In this document: positions 9,995 to 18,661 of the stretch, piece after piece
Position numbering within the stretch: position 1 is the stretch's first letter
How the letters are laid out: each line of letters opens with the position of its first letter
Assembly (NCBI GenBank): GCA_938004065.1
Contig: CALKWM010000041.1
Span: 26,889-90,888 of the forward strand
Direction: 5' to 3'
Length of the DNA stretch: 64,000 nucleotides
From: an uncultured bacterium
GTDB lineage: Bacteria > Patescibacteriota > JAHJAL01
Position numbers and translations under genes: made by a program
The notes under the pieces: model-generated
Database searches by the model: none
What the model was told of the DNA's origin: nothing
Seen by the model: only the letters and a program-made list of their open reading frames with translations

Positions 9995-10145
9995 GTCATC
10001 CTTAAACCTGATCCGCCTTGCCTGCCCGCCTTGGGTGGGGGCGGACAAGCGATTCAGGATCTCCAAATCTCGAATCCAAAGCGTCATCGTATTTGTTTGA
10101 GTCTTGTCCGCCGAAGTTTTTAGGAGGCAGGGGGATCCAGAAAAA
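9995..10145. repeat. GC-rich structured intergenic element, family 2 copy 1. It has nested hairpins around ccttgcctgcccgccttgggtgggggcgg and an inverted pair ggcggacaag … cttgtccgcc.
   Basis: GC-rich island directly after the recG stop in an otherwise AT-rich genome. It shares a 24-nt core with 13755-13860 and the submotif cttgtccgSCgaa with family 1. Confidence 0.6.
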
Positions 10146-10201
10146 AATTTCTTTTTTTTAAAAACTTTTTACTTCAATATGTTTAATATGTTTGATATTT
10201 G

Positions 10202-10337
10202 ATGAGTAGTGCTAATTAATTTTCTTATCTGTCATCCTCGAGTCGAAAGCGAGGGACGAGCGATTAGACAACTTGTCCGGCGAATGCTGGATCGGGGATC
10301 CATACCATATTTCTTATTTTTATTTAGCACTACTCAT
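10202..10337. mobile_element. MITE-like palindromic element, family 1 copy A. Terminal inverted repeats atgagtagtgctaa … ttagcactactcat flank a GC-rich core (ctgtcatcctcgagtcgaaagcg … aacttgtccggcgaatgctggatcggggatcca).
   Basis: Perfect 14-nt TIRs were read directly. Two more copies sit at 20460-20572 and 60541-60730. The element is non-coding and intergenic. Confidence 0.65.
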
Positions 10338-10405
10338 TATTTGATATGTTTGATAAGTTTTACTTAAGTTTTTATTAAACATTTCTTAATCTCTAAATTA
10401 TTATC

Positions 10406-10954
10406 ATGAGAGTATCTGCCGGAAAATTCAAAGGACGAAACCTCCACTTTCCCAGAAACATCCGCCCATCCTCCCAGCTTCACAAAAAAGTAATCTTTGA
10501 TACCATTCGACCCTTCCTCACTAATTCCACTTTTTTGGATCTCTACGCCGGTAGTGGCCAAATCGGTATTGAAGCGTTATCACAAGGAGCGCTTCGCATA
10601 ACTTTTGTTGAAAAAAACAAACTCAGCATCAAATCCGTCACCTCAAATCTACAAAATTGTTCGATAGAAAACAAATATTACCAAATCATTCACTCCAACG
10701 TTTCATCTTTTTTATCCAAAACTGATGAGCAATTTGACATAATCTTCGCCGACCCGCCATACCTAAACGTGAACTGGCATGATTTCGAACAAATCTCAAA
10801 ACTGATGACACTAGGCAGTATTTTTATCCTAAAATACTCACCTAAAAATCCGCCTCCCGATTTCCCCGGACTTACCGTCTTCAAAACAAAAGACTTCCAA
10901 GACACCAACCTAAAATTTTATCGAGTATCAAGTTCTAATTTCTGTGACTTGTAA
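10406..10954 (+). CDS. rsmD: 16S rRNA (guanine966-N2)-methyltransferase RsmD
   Basis: RPSSQLHKKVIFDTI, LDLYAGSGQIGIEALSQGA and IIFADPPY are RsmD-family SAM-methyltransferase motifs. Confidence 0.85.
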   Translation: MRVSAGKFKGRNLHFPRNIRPSSQLHKKVIFDTIRPFLTNSTFLDLYAGSGQIGIEALSQGALRITFVEKNKLSIKSVTSNLQNCSIENKYYQIIHSNVSSFLSKTDEQFDIIFADPPYLNVNWHDFEQISKLMTLGSIFILKYSPKNPPPDFPGLTVFKTKDFQDTNLKFYRVSSSNFCDL

Positions 10955-11014
10955 CTTGATACTTCACAACCTGATCTGTAATTGCTCAATTATTAATTTA
11001 GCTTACATATAAAA

Positions 11015-11662
11015 TTGTCCAATTTACTATTAAAATTCTATCCCTACCTCACCACATTTCTCGGTATTACACTCATAATTGCCTTTTTCATCATATTTTA
11101 CGACTTTACCAAACCTTTCCCCGATCCGATTCAAATCATCAATTCTAGCGAATGCCAAGCATCCGACAATACTGAAATTATTGAAGATAAAGATAACAAG
11201 GATTCAACTGACAAATTAACCATTTACCTATCCGGTGCCGTGCAAAACCCGGGAGAATACCAATTAATTCCCGGTTCGATTGTCTATGACGCCATTACCA
11301 TGGCCGGTGGCCTGAAAGACACGGCTAATTTAGTAAATTCTCAAATCAATACATCTGGTCTGATTACAGATCAAATGTCAATCTACATTCCAGGTGAAAA
11401 TGATCAAACTACATCCAATACTCCGGCCTTCATAACCGATATGGACAATTACTCAAACAATTCAAATAATTCAAATCTTATCAACATTAACACCGCCGAC
11501 AAAACTAAACTGATGGAACTGACCGGAGTAGGGGAAGTCACTGCCCAAAAAATCATTGATTATCGTTCTTCAAATCCATTTGACAATATCGAGGAAATAA
11601 TGGAAGTCAAAGGAATTGGTGAAAAAAGCTTCGCCAAAATCAAAGACCAAATCACAACATGA
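11015..11662 (+). CDS. comEA: Competence protein ComEA (SLBB domain + tandem helix-hairpin-helix). It uses a TTG start.
   Basis: N-terminal TM helix. SLBB region (IYLSGAVQNPGEYQLIPGSIVYDAITMAGGL). The C-terminal segment ININTADKTKLMELTGVGEVTAQKIIDYR … IEEIMEVKGIGEKSFAKIK is typical ComEA HhH. Confidence 0.85.
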   Translation: MSNLLLKFYPYLTTFLGITLIIAFFIIFYDFTKPFPDPIQIINSSECQASDNTEIIEDKDNKDSTDKLTIYLSGAVQNPGEYQLIPGSIVYDAITMAGGLKDTANLVNSQINTSGLITDQMSIYIPGENDQTTSNTPAFITDMDNYSNNSNNSNLININTADKTKLMELTGVGEVTAQKIIDYRSSNPFDNIEEIMEVKGIGEKSFAKIKDQITT

Positions 11663-11726
11663 TAAACACCGGCTATAAAGCTGGTGTTTCTCATATCTTT
11701 CAAAGATTACAACTTACATCAGTAAA

Positions 11727-11810
11727 TGGGGGCGGAGAGACTCGAACTCACACAGGTATTACCCCACTTGGTCCTAAGCCAAGCGCGTCTACCAATTCCG
11801 CCACGCCCCC
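11727..11810 (-). tRNA. tRNA-Leu, anticodon UAG, with a long variable arm. No CCA is encoded.
   Basis: Reverse complement is GGGGGCGTGGCGGAATTGGTAGACGCGCTTGGCTTAGGACCAAGTGGGGTAATACCTGTGTGAGTTCGAGTCTCTCCGCCCCCA. It has a 7-bp acceptor stem, an anticodon loop CTTAGGA and a T-arm GTTCGAGTC. The track ORF 11659..11859 overlapping it is spurious. Confidence 0.85.
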
Positions 11811-11954
11811 TTACAAACTAAAACAGTTACCCATAACTATTTTTATTAGCACAATCTAACCGTAAATACATTTTAACAAATTTTTGGCCACAAATAAATA
11901 TCTTATGTATTACAATATCAATGTGACATATATTCTCTTTCAAAGATTGCTTTA

Positions 11955-12680
11955 ATGATAATAAATACATACAAACCAATCGGGATTACTTCATACGACG
12001 TGATAAGGATTTTGAAATTTATCCTACATCATCCGAAACTGTATTCCGATATTTCTACTTGGAAAGATATCATCGATAACTATCAAGGCGGCAAAATCGG
12101 CCATGCCGGCACTCTTGACCCCTTTGCCGAAGGTGTCTTGGTCGTATGCACTGACCAGGACACCAAAAAAATCTCCGATATCCAATCTCAATCAAAAGAA
12201 TACATTGCCAATATCAATCTTGGATCCATATCCAATACATATGACGTGGATGGAGATATTACACCCGTACGGGCGGACCCATGTGTCCGCCCTACAAAAA
12301 AAATAATTCAAAACACTCTCAATTCCCATTTCACCGGTGAAATCTTGCAAACACCACCTGCTTTTTCCGCCAAAAAAATCAACGGTAAACGTGCCTATGA
12401 TCTGGCAAGAGCCGGAAAAAGTGTAAAACTTGACCGTAAAAAAGTGGTAGTATATAACATAGGTGTTAATAAATATGATTATCCCGATTTGGAATTGATC
12501 ATAAATTGCGGATCCGGAACATACATTCGCTCCATTGCCCATGACCTGGGCCAACTATTGCATGTGGGAGCATATTGTCATTCACTAATTCGCACTAAAA
12601 TAGGGGAGTATGCTATCAAAAATTCCCTCCATTTACCGGAAAATGAAATCAAATATATTTTAAACAAAAAAAATGCTTAA
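11955..12680 (+). CDS. truB: tRNA pseudouridine(55) synthase TruB
   Basis: The GHAGTLDPFAEGVLVVC catalytic motif is present. The gene lacks the PUA tail, as in short TruB forms. Confidence 0.85.
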   Translation: MIINTYKPIGITSYDVIRILKFILHHPKLYSDISTWKDIIDNYQGGKIGHAGTLDPFAEGVLVVCTDQDTKKISDIQSQSKEYIANINLGSISNTYDVDGDITPVRADPCVRPTKKIIQNTLNSHFTGEILQTPPAFSAKKINGKRAYDLARAGKSVKLDRKKVVVYNIGVNKYDYPDLELIINCGSGTYIRSIAHDLGQLLHVGAYCHSLIRTKIGEYAIKNSLHLPENEIKYILNKKNA

Positions 12681-13731
12681 TTATCTTTTATTATTCCTCC
12701 TGATTATCGCCATCCTTATTTTGCTTTACATTGCCTATCAATTGACATTCAATCGACCGAGCGAAAACAAAGATGATAGTCAATCCAATTTGATGCTACA
12801 AAATCAACTGCAAGATTTGACCAAACAATTATCTGATCGTATGCGAGAAACCAATGAAAGACTGGATAAGACATACGCCTCATCCAGCCAGATTTCTCAA
12901 GACACTCACAAGACTCTGCAACAAGTTACCGCCAAATTGGTTCAACTTGACGAAACCAACAAACAGGTTGTAAATTTTGCCACCCAACTGCAAAGCTTGG
13001 AAAATATTCTGAAAAATCCAAAACAGAGAGGAGTTTTAGGCGAATACTTTTTGGAAACGCTTTTGAACAATGTTTTGCAACCCAATCAATATCAAATGCA
13101 ATACAAATTTAGCAATGGTGAAATTGTTGATGCCGCCATATTTGTCAAAGATACCATTATCCCCGTCGATGCCAAATTTTCTCTGGAAAAATTTAATATA
13201 ATTCAAGACACAAAAGACAAACAAGAACGAGCTAAACTGGAAAATGAGTTTAAAATTGATATCAAAAACCGTATTGACGAAACCGCCAAATACATTCGGC
13301 CAAGCGAAAATACCACCGAATTTGCTTTCATGTTTATACCGGCCGAAGGAGTATTTTACAACCTCTTGATATACAAAGTTGGCACCACCGATATTTCTTC
13401 CAAAGACTTGATCGAATATGCTTTTTCTAAAAGAGTTATCATAGTTTCTCCGACATCGTTTTTCGCTTATTTGCAAACCGTCTTGCAAGCTTTGAAATCA
13501 CTCCGAGTCGAAGAATCCGTCAAAGATATCATTAAACACGTGCAAAACTTGGACCGACATGTGAAAACCTATGACAATATCTACAATGGCATTGGCAAAA
13601 ATCTTGCCACCGTAATCAACAAATACAATGACGGATACAAAGAGCTAAAAAAAATCGATAAAGATGTGGCTCACATCACCAGCGGGGAATCTACCATCGA
13701 ACCACTTGCTCTCGATAAACCAAATTTATAA
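12673..13731 (+). CDS. rmuC: DNA recombination protein RmuC
   Basis: N-terminal TM helix plus a long coiled-coil, then the RmuC nuclease-like core (GEYFLETLL, PVDAKFSLE, FMFIPAEGVFY). Confidence 0.8.
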   Translation: MLNYLLLFLLIIAILILLYIAYQLTFNRPSENKDDSQSNLMLQNQLQDLTKQLSDRMRETNERLDKTYASSSQISQDTHKTLQQVTAKLVQLDETNKQVVNFATQLQSLENILKNPKQRGVLGEYFLETLLNNVLQPNQYQMQYKFSNGEIVDAAIFVKDTIIPVDAKFSLEKFNIIQDTKDKQERAKLENEFKIDIKNRIDETAKYIRPSENTTEFAFMFIPAEGVFYNLLIYKVGTTDISSKDLIEYAFSKRVIIVSPTSFFAYLQTVLQALKSLRVEESVKDIIKHVQNLDRHVKTYDNIYNGIGKNLATVINKYNDGYKELKKIDKDVAHITSGESTIEPLALDKPNL

Positions 13732-13754
13732 ACTCTCTTCATCATCCCTATATG

Positions 13755-13860
13755 TACGGGCGACCCTTGCCTGTCCGCCTTGGGTGGGCGGTCGCCCTCG
13801 TGCTTTTATAGCGGACCCTTTACTTGCCCGCCGATGAGGCGGGCGGTCGACTAAAAAGAA
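13755..13860. repeat. GC-rich structured element, family 2 copy 2. It carries nested stem-loops gggcgacc…ggtcgccc and gcccgcc…ggcgggc.
   Basis: It shares ccttgcctgYccgccttgggtggg with 9995-10145 and lies directly after the rmuC stop. Confidence 0.6.
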
Positions 13861-13977
13861 CTATAATCATCCAAAACACTCATAACAAGCACATTGTCGT
13901 CAATGTGATACTTTTATCATAAAACAATTGACATTTATAGCATAAAAATGCTACAATAACAGGATTAAAAAAATATT

Positions 13978-14433
13978 ATGTCAAAAACAAAAACAAATAC
14001 CAAATCGATCATACATATTGCCTCCGATCATCGCGGTTATATCTTGAAATATGAATTGAAGAAATACTTACAAAAAAATAATTTTAAAATCATTGATCAT
14101 GGTAATCACGAATATCAAGTACGCGACGATTACCCGGACTTTGCCAAAGCACTATGCAAAACCATACAGAAAAAACCATCTGATTTTGGCATCTTGATTT
14201 GCGGTTCCGGAATCGGGATGGCTATTGTTGCCAATAGATATTCCAAAATTCGAGCCGCCAATTGCTGGCATGCAAAAGTTGCCGAATCGGCCAGAAATGA
14301 TGACGATGCCAATATTTTGGTACTTCCGGCAGACTTTATCACCAAAACACAAGCCATGGAAACTGTCAAAAAATTTTTACATACCAAATTCTCCGCTAAA
14401 ACAAAACACATCCGGAGATTGAAAAAAATATAA
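13978..14433 (+). CDS. rpiB: Ribose-5-phosphate isomerase B
   Basis: IASDHRGY … ILICGSGIGMAIVANRY … RAANCWHAKVAESARNDDDANILVLPADFI is the RpiB/LacAB signature. Confidence 0.88.
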   Translation: MSKTKTNTKSIIHIASDHRGYILKYELKKYLQKNNFKIIDHGNHEYQVRDDYPDFAKALCKTIQKKPSDFGILICGSGIGMAIVANRYSKIRAANCWHAKVAESARNDDDANILVLPADFITKTQAMETVKKFLHTKFSAKTKHIRRLKKI

Positions 14434-14441
14434 AAACAAAA

Positions 14442-15095
14442 ATGACAAAAAAAATCTTAATTCCGGCCATTTTAGCCCACGACGCCAATCAATTGGAGTC
14501 ATTGATCGCTAGAGTTGAAGATCTGGTTGAATACATCCAAATCGACTACATGGATGGCAAATTCGTCAAAGAAAAAAGCAAATTCGACTATCGTGATTTC
14601 TATCGCATCAATCCCGTGGCTAAGCCGGAATTGCATCTGATGGTTGAACATCCGGAAAAAGTCATCGAAAACTGGATAGCGGCCGGAATCGAGAAATTTA
14701 TCATACATGCCGAAGCGCCGACAAATTGGGACAAAATACGCGAAATATATGAAGATAATTACATCAAACTTTATATTGCTCTCAATCCCGACACGCCCAT
14801 CAATAAAATAACCGACAAAATGCAAATAATTGACGGAATTACTGTCATGGGAGTAAATCCCGGTCAAGGCCGCCAGAAATTTTTACCCAAAGTATTGGGA
14901 AAGATAAAAGCACTGCGTAACCGATATCCGGAATTAAACATTCAAATAGATGGTGGTATGCATACCAAACCCACCAATACGATCAGACAGGCCATCTTGG
15001 CCGGTGCCAACGAAATAGTCGCCGGTTCCGAGATTTTTATGTCGGCTGACATTATGAAAAAAATTGATGAACTGTATCATGAATTGAAGATATAA
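14442..15095 (+). CDS. rpe: Ribulose-phosphate 3-epimerase
   Basis: TIM-barrel Rpe motifs IQIDYMDG, HLMVEHPE, VMGVNPGQGRQKF and IQIDGGM. Confidence 0.8.
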   Translation: MTKKILIPAILAHDANQLESLIARVEDLVEYIQIDYMDGKFVKEKSKFDYRDFYRINPVAKPELHLMVEHPEKVIENWIAAGIEKFIIHAEAPTNWDKIREIYEDNYIKLYIALNPDTPINKITDKMQIIDGITVMGVNPGQGRQKFLPKVLGKIKALRNRYPELNIQIDGGMHTKPTNTIRQAILAGANEIVAGSEIFMSADIMKKIDELYHELKI

Positions 15096-15099
15096 ACAA

Positions 15100-15921
15100 A
15101 TGGAAAAACTCACTCAAAAACAACTCAAAGAAATAGCCAATGATATTCGTCGCGATATCATAAAAATGTTAGCGCGTGCCGGCTCCGGACACACAGCCGG
15201 TTCACTCGGTATGGCTGATGTATTTACCGCCCTTTATTTCAATATTTTGAATCATAATCCGAAAAATCCCAAGTGGCCGAATCGAGACCGCTTGATTCTC
15301 TCAAATGGCCATATTTGCCCGGTTTTATACGCCACATTGGCACACGCCGGCTATTTTCCTAAAAAAGATTTATCAACCCTCCGCCAACTTGGTAGTGGAT
15401 TGCAAGGGCATCCTCATCGGGGCTCTTTACCCGGTATTGAAAACACTTCCGGCCCGCTTGGTCAGGGATTGTCTCAATCCTGCGGTATGGCTCAAGCAGC
15501 CAAACTTGATGGAGAAAAACATCGTATATATTGTTTAACCTCCGATGGTGAACACAATGAAGGTCAAACCTGGGAAGCCATCATGTACGCCGGCAAATAC
15601 AAAATCAACAATTTAACCCAGATCATCGACCGTAACAATATCCAGATCGATGGCCACACCGAAAATGTGATGCCTCTGGAACCTCTTCGCAAAAAATATG
15701 AAGCATTTGGTTGGTATGTGATCGATATCGATGGTCACAATATGGAAGAAATTATCGACGCCTGCAATCATGCCAAGGCCGTTTATGAAAAACCCACTTT
15801 AATAATCGCCCACACTATCCCCGGCAAGGGAGTTGATTTCATGGAGAACGATCCTAAATGGCATGGCATCCCACCCACACCCGAACAAGCCAAACAAGCA
15901 CTAAAACAATTGGAGAAATAA
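15100..15921 (+). CDS. tkt: Transketolase, N-terminal (TPP pyrophosphate-binding) subunit of a split transketolase
   Basis: GSGHTAGSLGMADVFTALYF, GHICPVLYATLA, GHPHR, LGQGLSQSCGMA and CLTSDGEHNEGQTWEA. Confidence 0.88.
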   Translation: MEKLTQKQLKEIANDIRRDIIKMLARAGSGHTAGSLGMADVFTALYFNILNHNPKNPKWPNRDRLILSNGHICPVLYATLAHAGYFPKKDLSTLRQLGSGLQGHPHRGSLPGIENTSGPLGQGLSQSCGMAQAAKLDGEKHRIYCLTSDGEHNEGQTWEAIMYAGKYKINNLTQIIDRNNIQIDGHTENVMPLEPLRKKYEAFGWYVIDIDGHNMEEIIDACNHAKAVYEKPTLIIAHTIPGKGVDFMENDPKWHGIPPTPEQAKQALKQLEK

Positions 15922-16215
15922 ATGGGATATTTTTTTAGAATAATAATCTGGTTTTCATATCTAGGAATAATAACAAAAATTGACCACAAATATACATATC
16001 TTATTCTCGCTTTTTTAGATACAATAATTGGAATTATTCTCGATTTAATATCTCATGATTATGGTGAAAATTCATCTTTGTACAATCTATTTTTCTTAAT
16101 ATTTTTTGTTACAATTGTATTTATCAAAAACACAGTATATTTTTATTTACTACAAAAATCAGTTGGCACCTTTTGGTTCTATTTAATATTTCTTTTTGGG
16201 TTCTTATTTATCTAA
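15922..16215 (+). CDS. Hypothetical small membrane protein with three TM helices. Its ATG directly follows the tkt-N stop.
   Basis: 97-aa hydrophobic ORF translationally coupled to the preceding gene (TAA-ATG). No family was recognised. Confidence 0.35.
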   Translation: MGYFFRIIIWFSYLGIITKIDHKYTYLILAFLDTIIGIILDLISHDYGENSSLYNLFFLIFFVTIVFIKNTVYFYLLQKSVGTFWFYLIFLFGFLFI

Positions 16216-16303
16216 AAACGAATCTATTACATAGAGAAAAGAATTTAGAAAATATCATAACCAAGCCCTACTACAACAAAAAAACATAAGTTAATAATAT
16301 ATT

Positions 16304-17560
16304 ATGGAACCTCAAACTAACAAAGACAATTCATCAACATTTCCAAGTATTGGTCAGGTATTTACCAATTCATGGAAAACTTACAAAGAAAATTTTGGTA
16401 AATTTATTGCTGTTGCAGTTTTTATCTTGATATCCTATCTAGTTCTTTTTCTTATTACACAATACAGTGATTTTATATTGTCAATTATTGGCAATCAATC
16501 TGAAAACAATATTATTTATGCTTTACAGATTTTTGCAGTAATATCCTATCTTGTTTTAATAATTCTATATATTATCGCCATCATCAACTGGCAAACATAT
16601 TCCGTAATCTACATTTTCAAAAACAGAAATAACAACCCGAACGCAATCGAAGCCGTGAAATATGCGATCAAAAAAACCGGTACCGCTATTTGGACCAACC
16701 TGATTAAAAGCATCATTATCTTTGGAGGCAATTTATTGTTGGGCATTCCCGGACTAATACTAACAATCAATACCGTATTCTCAGATATTAGTATTGTTTA
16801 TAATCAGACCTCCGGTTATCAAGCACTATCAACCAGCCGGTATTATGCCAATGGCAAATGGTGGAGAATATTATTCTTTGTATTTTTACTGGGAGTAATA
16901 TATGGAACTTTATACCAAATTCAAGATATCGCAAACTTAATCCTCGAAAAAATAAACATTGTTAGTTATGTTCAAACAATTATCGATTATGTATTTATTT
17001 TTGTTTTCTCCGTATTGCTACCATTTTCAATAATTGTTCTGGGGCATATCTATGAATACCTACAACTCGAAAAATCACCGCCCTCTGAAGAAATAATTAT
17101 CAAAGATCGAAAAAAACTTATCTGGTATTTGGTGGGATCAATTCTATCAGTAATTGCAATCATGGTAATATTTATTGGCATGATTGGACTAATTCTAAGT
17201 CTCTATATCAATAATAACCCTTCAAAAAATTTGGATACAAATACCACCGAAGAATTATCTGATGATGTTAAATATCCTTATGGCATGACTATTGATCAAG
17301 AATTGGATAAATCGATTGAAAATATCAATCAATCCTTAAACAATTATTTTCAAGAGAATAATTATTTTCCATATTCCAACAATATTTCCACAGCAATAAC
17401 CGATGACTTCGAAATCCCTTATCAATGCGGGACCATCAACCAACCCGCTGAATTTTGCGGTATAAACTATCTATGGATCTCACCGGATAAATACCAACTG
17501 GAAATTAATTATTTCTCTGAAATAGACCAAACTGTCACATCGGTCCCAATATCCAAATAA
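16304..17560 (+). CDS. Hypothetical polytopic membrane protein with about six TM helices and a ~130-aa C-terminal extracytoplasmic domain holding a Cys pair
   Basis: The 418-aa ORF is strongly hydrophobic in periodic stretches. C-terminal segment CGTINQPAEFCG. No family was recognised. Confidence 0.5.
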   Translation: MEPQTNKDNSSTFPSIGQVFTNSWKTYKENFGKFIAVAVFILISYLVLFLITQYSDFILSIIGNQSENNIIYALQIFAVISYLVLIILYIIAIINWQTYSVIYIFKNRNNNPNAIEAVKYAIKKTGTAIWTNLIKSIIIFGGNLLLGIPGLILTINTVFSDISIVYNQTSGYQALSTSRYYANGKWWRILFFVFLLGVIYGTLYQIQDIANLILEKINIVSYVQTIIDYVFIFVFSVLLPFSIIVLGHIYEYLQLEKSPPSEEIIIKDRKKLIWYLVGSILSVIAIMVIFIGMIGLILSLYINNNPSKNLDTNTTEELSDDVKYPYGMTIDQELDKSIENINQSLNNYFQENNYFPYSNNISTAITDDFEIPYQCGTINQPAEFCGINYLWISPDKYQLEINYFSEIDQTVTSVPISK

Positions 17561-17579
17561 TTTCCCATACACATATACA

Positions 17580-18554
17580 ATGAAAAACAAAACCAAAAAA
17601 ATCAGAAAGCAAATATTTATCGAATCAATTCCAACCAGAAATGGTTACGGCGATGCTTTATTGGAATTAGGCAAAACCAATTCCAATGTCGTGGTTTTAA
17701 GCGGTGACCTGACCGAATCCACTCGGGCTGATAAATTTGCTAAAGAATATCCAAACAGATTTTTTCAATGCGGCGTAGCCGAACAAAATATGATGGGTAT
17801 TGCTGTCGGTATGGCCGTGGAAGGAAAAATTCCCTTCGTCTCCAGTTATGCTGTTTTTAATCCCGGCCGCAACTGGGATCAATTGCGCACCAATGTCTGT
17901 TACAACAACACAAATGTGAAAATTATCGGTGCTCACACCGGCGTATCAGTCGGTCCTGACGGTGCGACTCACCAAGCACTAGAAGACATTGCCATCACAC
18001 GTGTCCTGCCAAATTTAGTGGTTATCGCCCCTTTGGACTACCATGAAACCTACAAAGCCACTATCGCCGCCGCCAATTTTGATGGACCGGTCTATATCCG
18101 TTTCGCTCGTGAAAAAACTCCCCTTATCACCAATCCAAAAACATCATTTCAAATTGGCAAAGCAAATATTTTGAAACCGGGAACAGATATTACACTCATT
18201 GGTTGTGGACCAGTTCTAGCCAATGGATTAAAAGCGGCACATGAAATGGAAAAACAAGGTATATCAGTAGAAGTGATAAATTCTCACACCATCAAACCAC
18301 TCGATACTAAAACTATATTAAAATCAGTCAAAAAAACAAATCAAGTTATAACTCTTGAAGAACATCAAATTACCGGAGGTCTGGGGGGAGCTGTCTGCGA
18401 ATATTTGTCCGAGGTATATCCCGTCCCGATACACAGAATCGGCATGCCCGACACTTTTGGCGAATCAGGAACCCCAAACGAACTAATCGCCAAATACGGC
18501 ATGGACACTCAATCAATAACCAAAACTATCAAAATCTTTATAAATAATAAATAA
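17580..18554 (+). CDS. tkt: Transketolase, C-terminal (pyrimidine-binding + C-terminal domain) subunit
   Basis: GYGDALLELGKTNSNVVVLSGDLTESTRADKF, FQCGVAEQNMMGIAVGMA and GPDGATHQALEDIA. Confidence 0.88.
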   Translation: MKNKTKKIRKQIFIESIPTRNGYGDALLELGKTNSNVVVLSGDLTESTRADKFAKEYPNRFFQCGVAEQNMMGIAVGMAVEGKIPFVSSYAVFNPGRNWDQLRTNVCYNNTNVKIIGAHTGVSVGPDGATHQALEDIAITRVLPNLVVIAPLDYHETYKATIAAANFDGPVYIRFAREKTPLITNPKTSFQIGKANILKPGTDITLIGCGPVLANGLKAAHEMEKQGISVEVINSHTIKPLDTKTILKSVKKTNQVITLEEHQITGGLGGAVCEYLSEVYPVPIHRIGMPDTFGESGTPNELIAKYGMDTQSITKTIKIFINNK

Positions 18555-18661
18555 TCGTCCCAAGATCATCGAGGGACACCACACTTGGATATTGATACTT
18601 GAAACTTGATACTTTCTAAACTAATAAATATTTCTCAATAAATATAATATCTTTTACCACC

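Noticed and set aside
9995-10145. Possibility that the GC-rich island after recG is an SRP (4.5S) RNA or other known ncRNA gene
   Set aside because: No conserved SRP domain-IV motif (GGAAGCAGCC-like), and no RNase P or tmRNA signatures. The sequence instead shares a core with a second copy after rmuC, which favours a repeat or terminator element.
11659-11859. 66-aa + strand ORF
   Set aside because: It overlaps the - strand tRNA-Leu gene. The GC-rich stretch that keeps it open is the tRNA itself.
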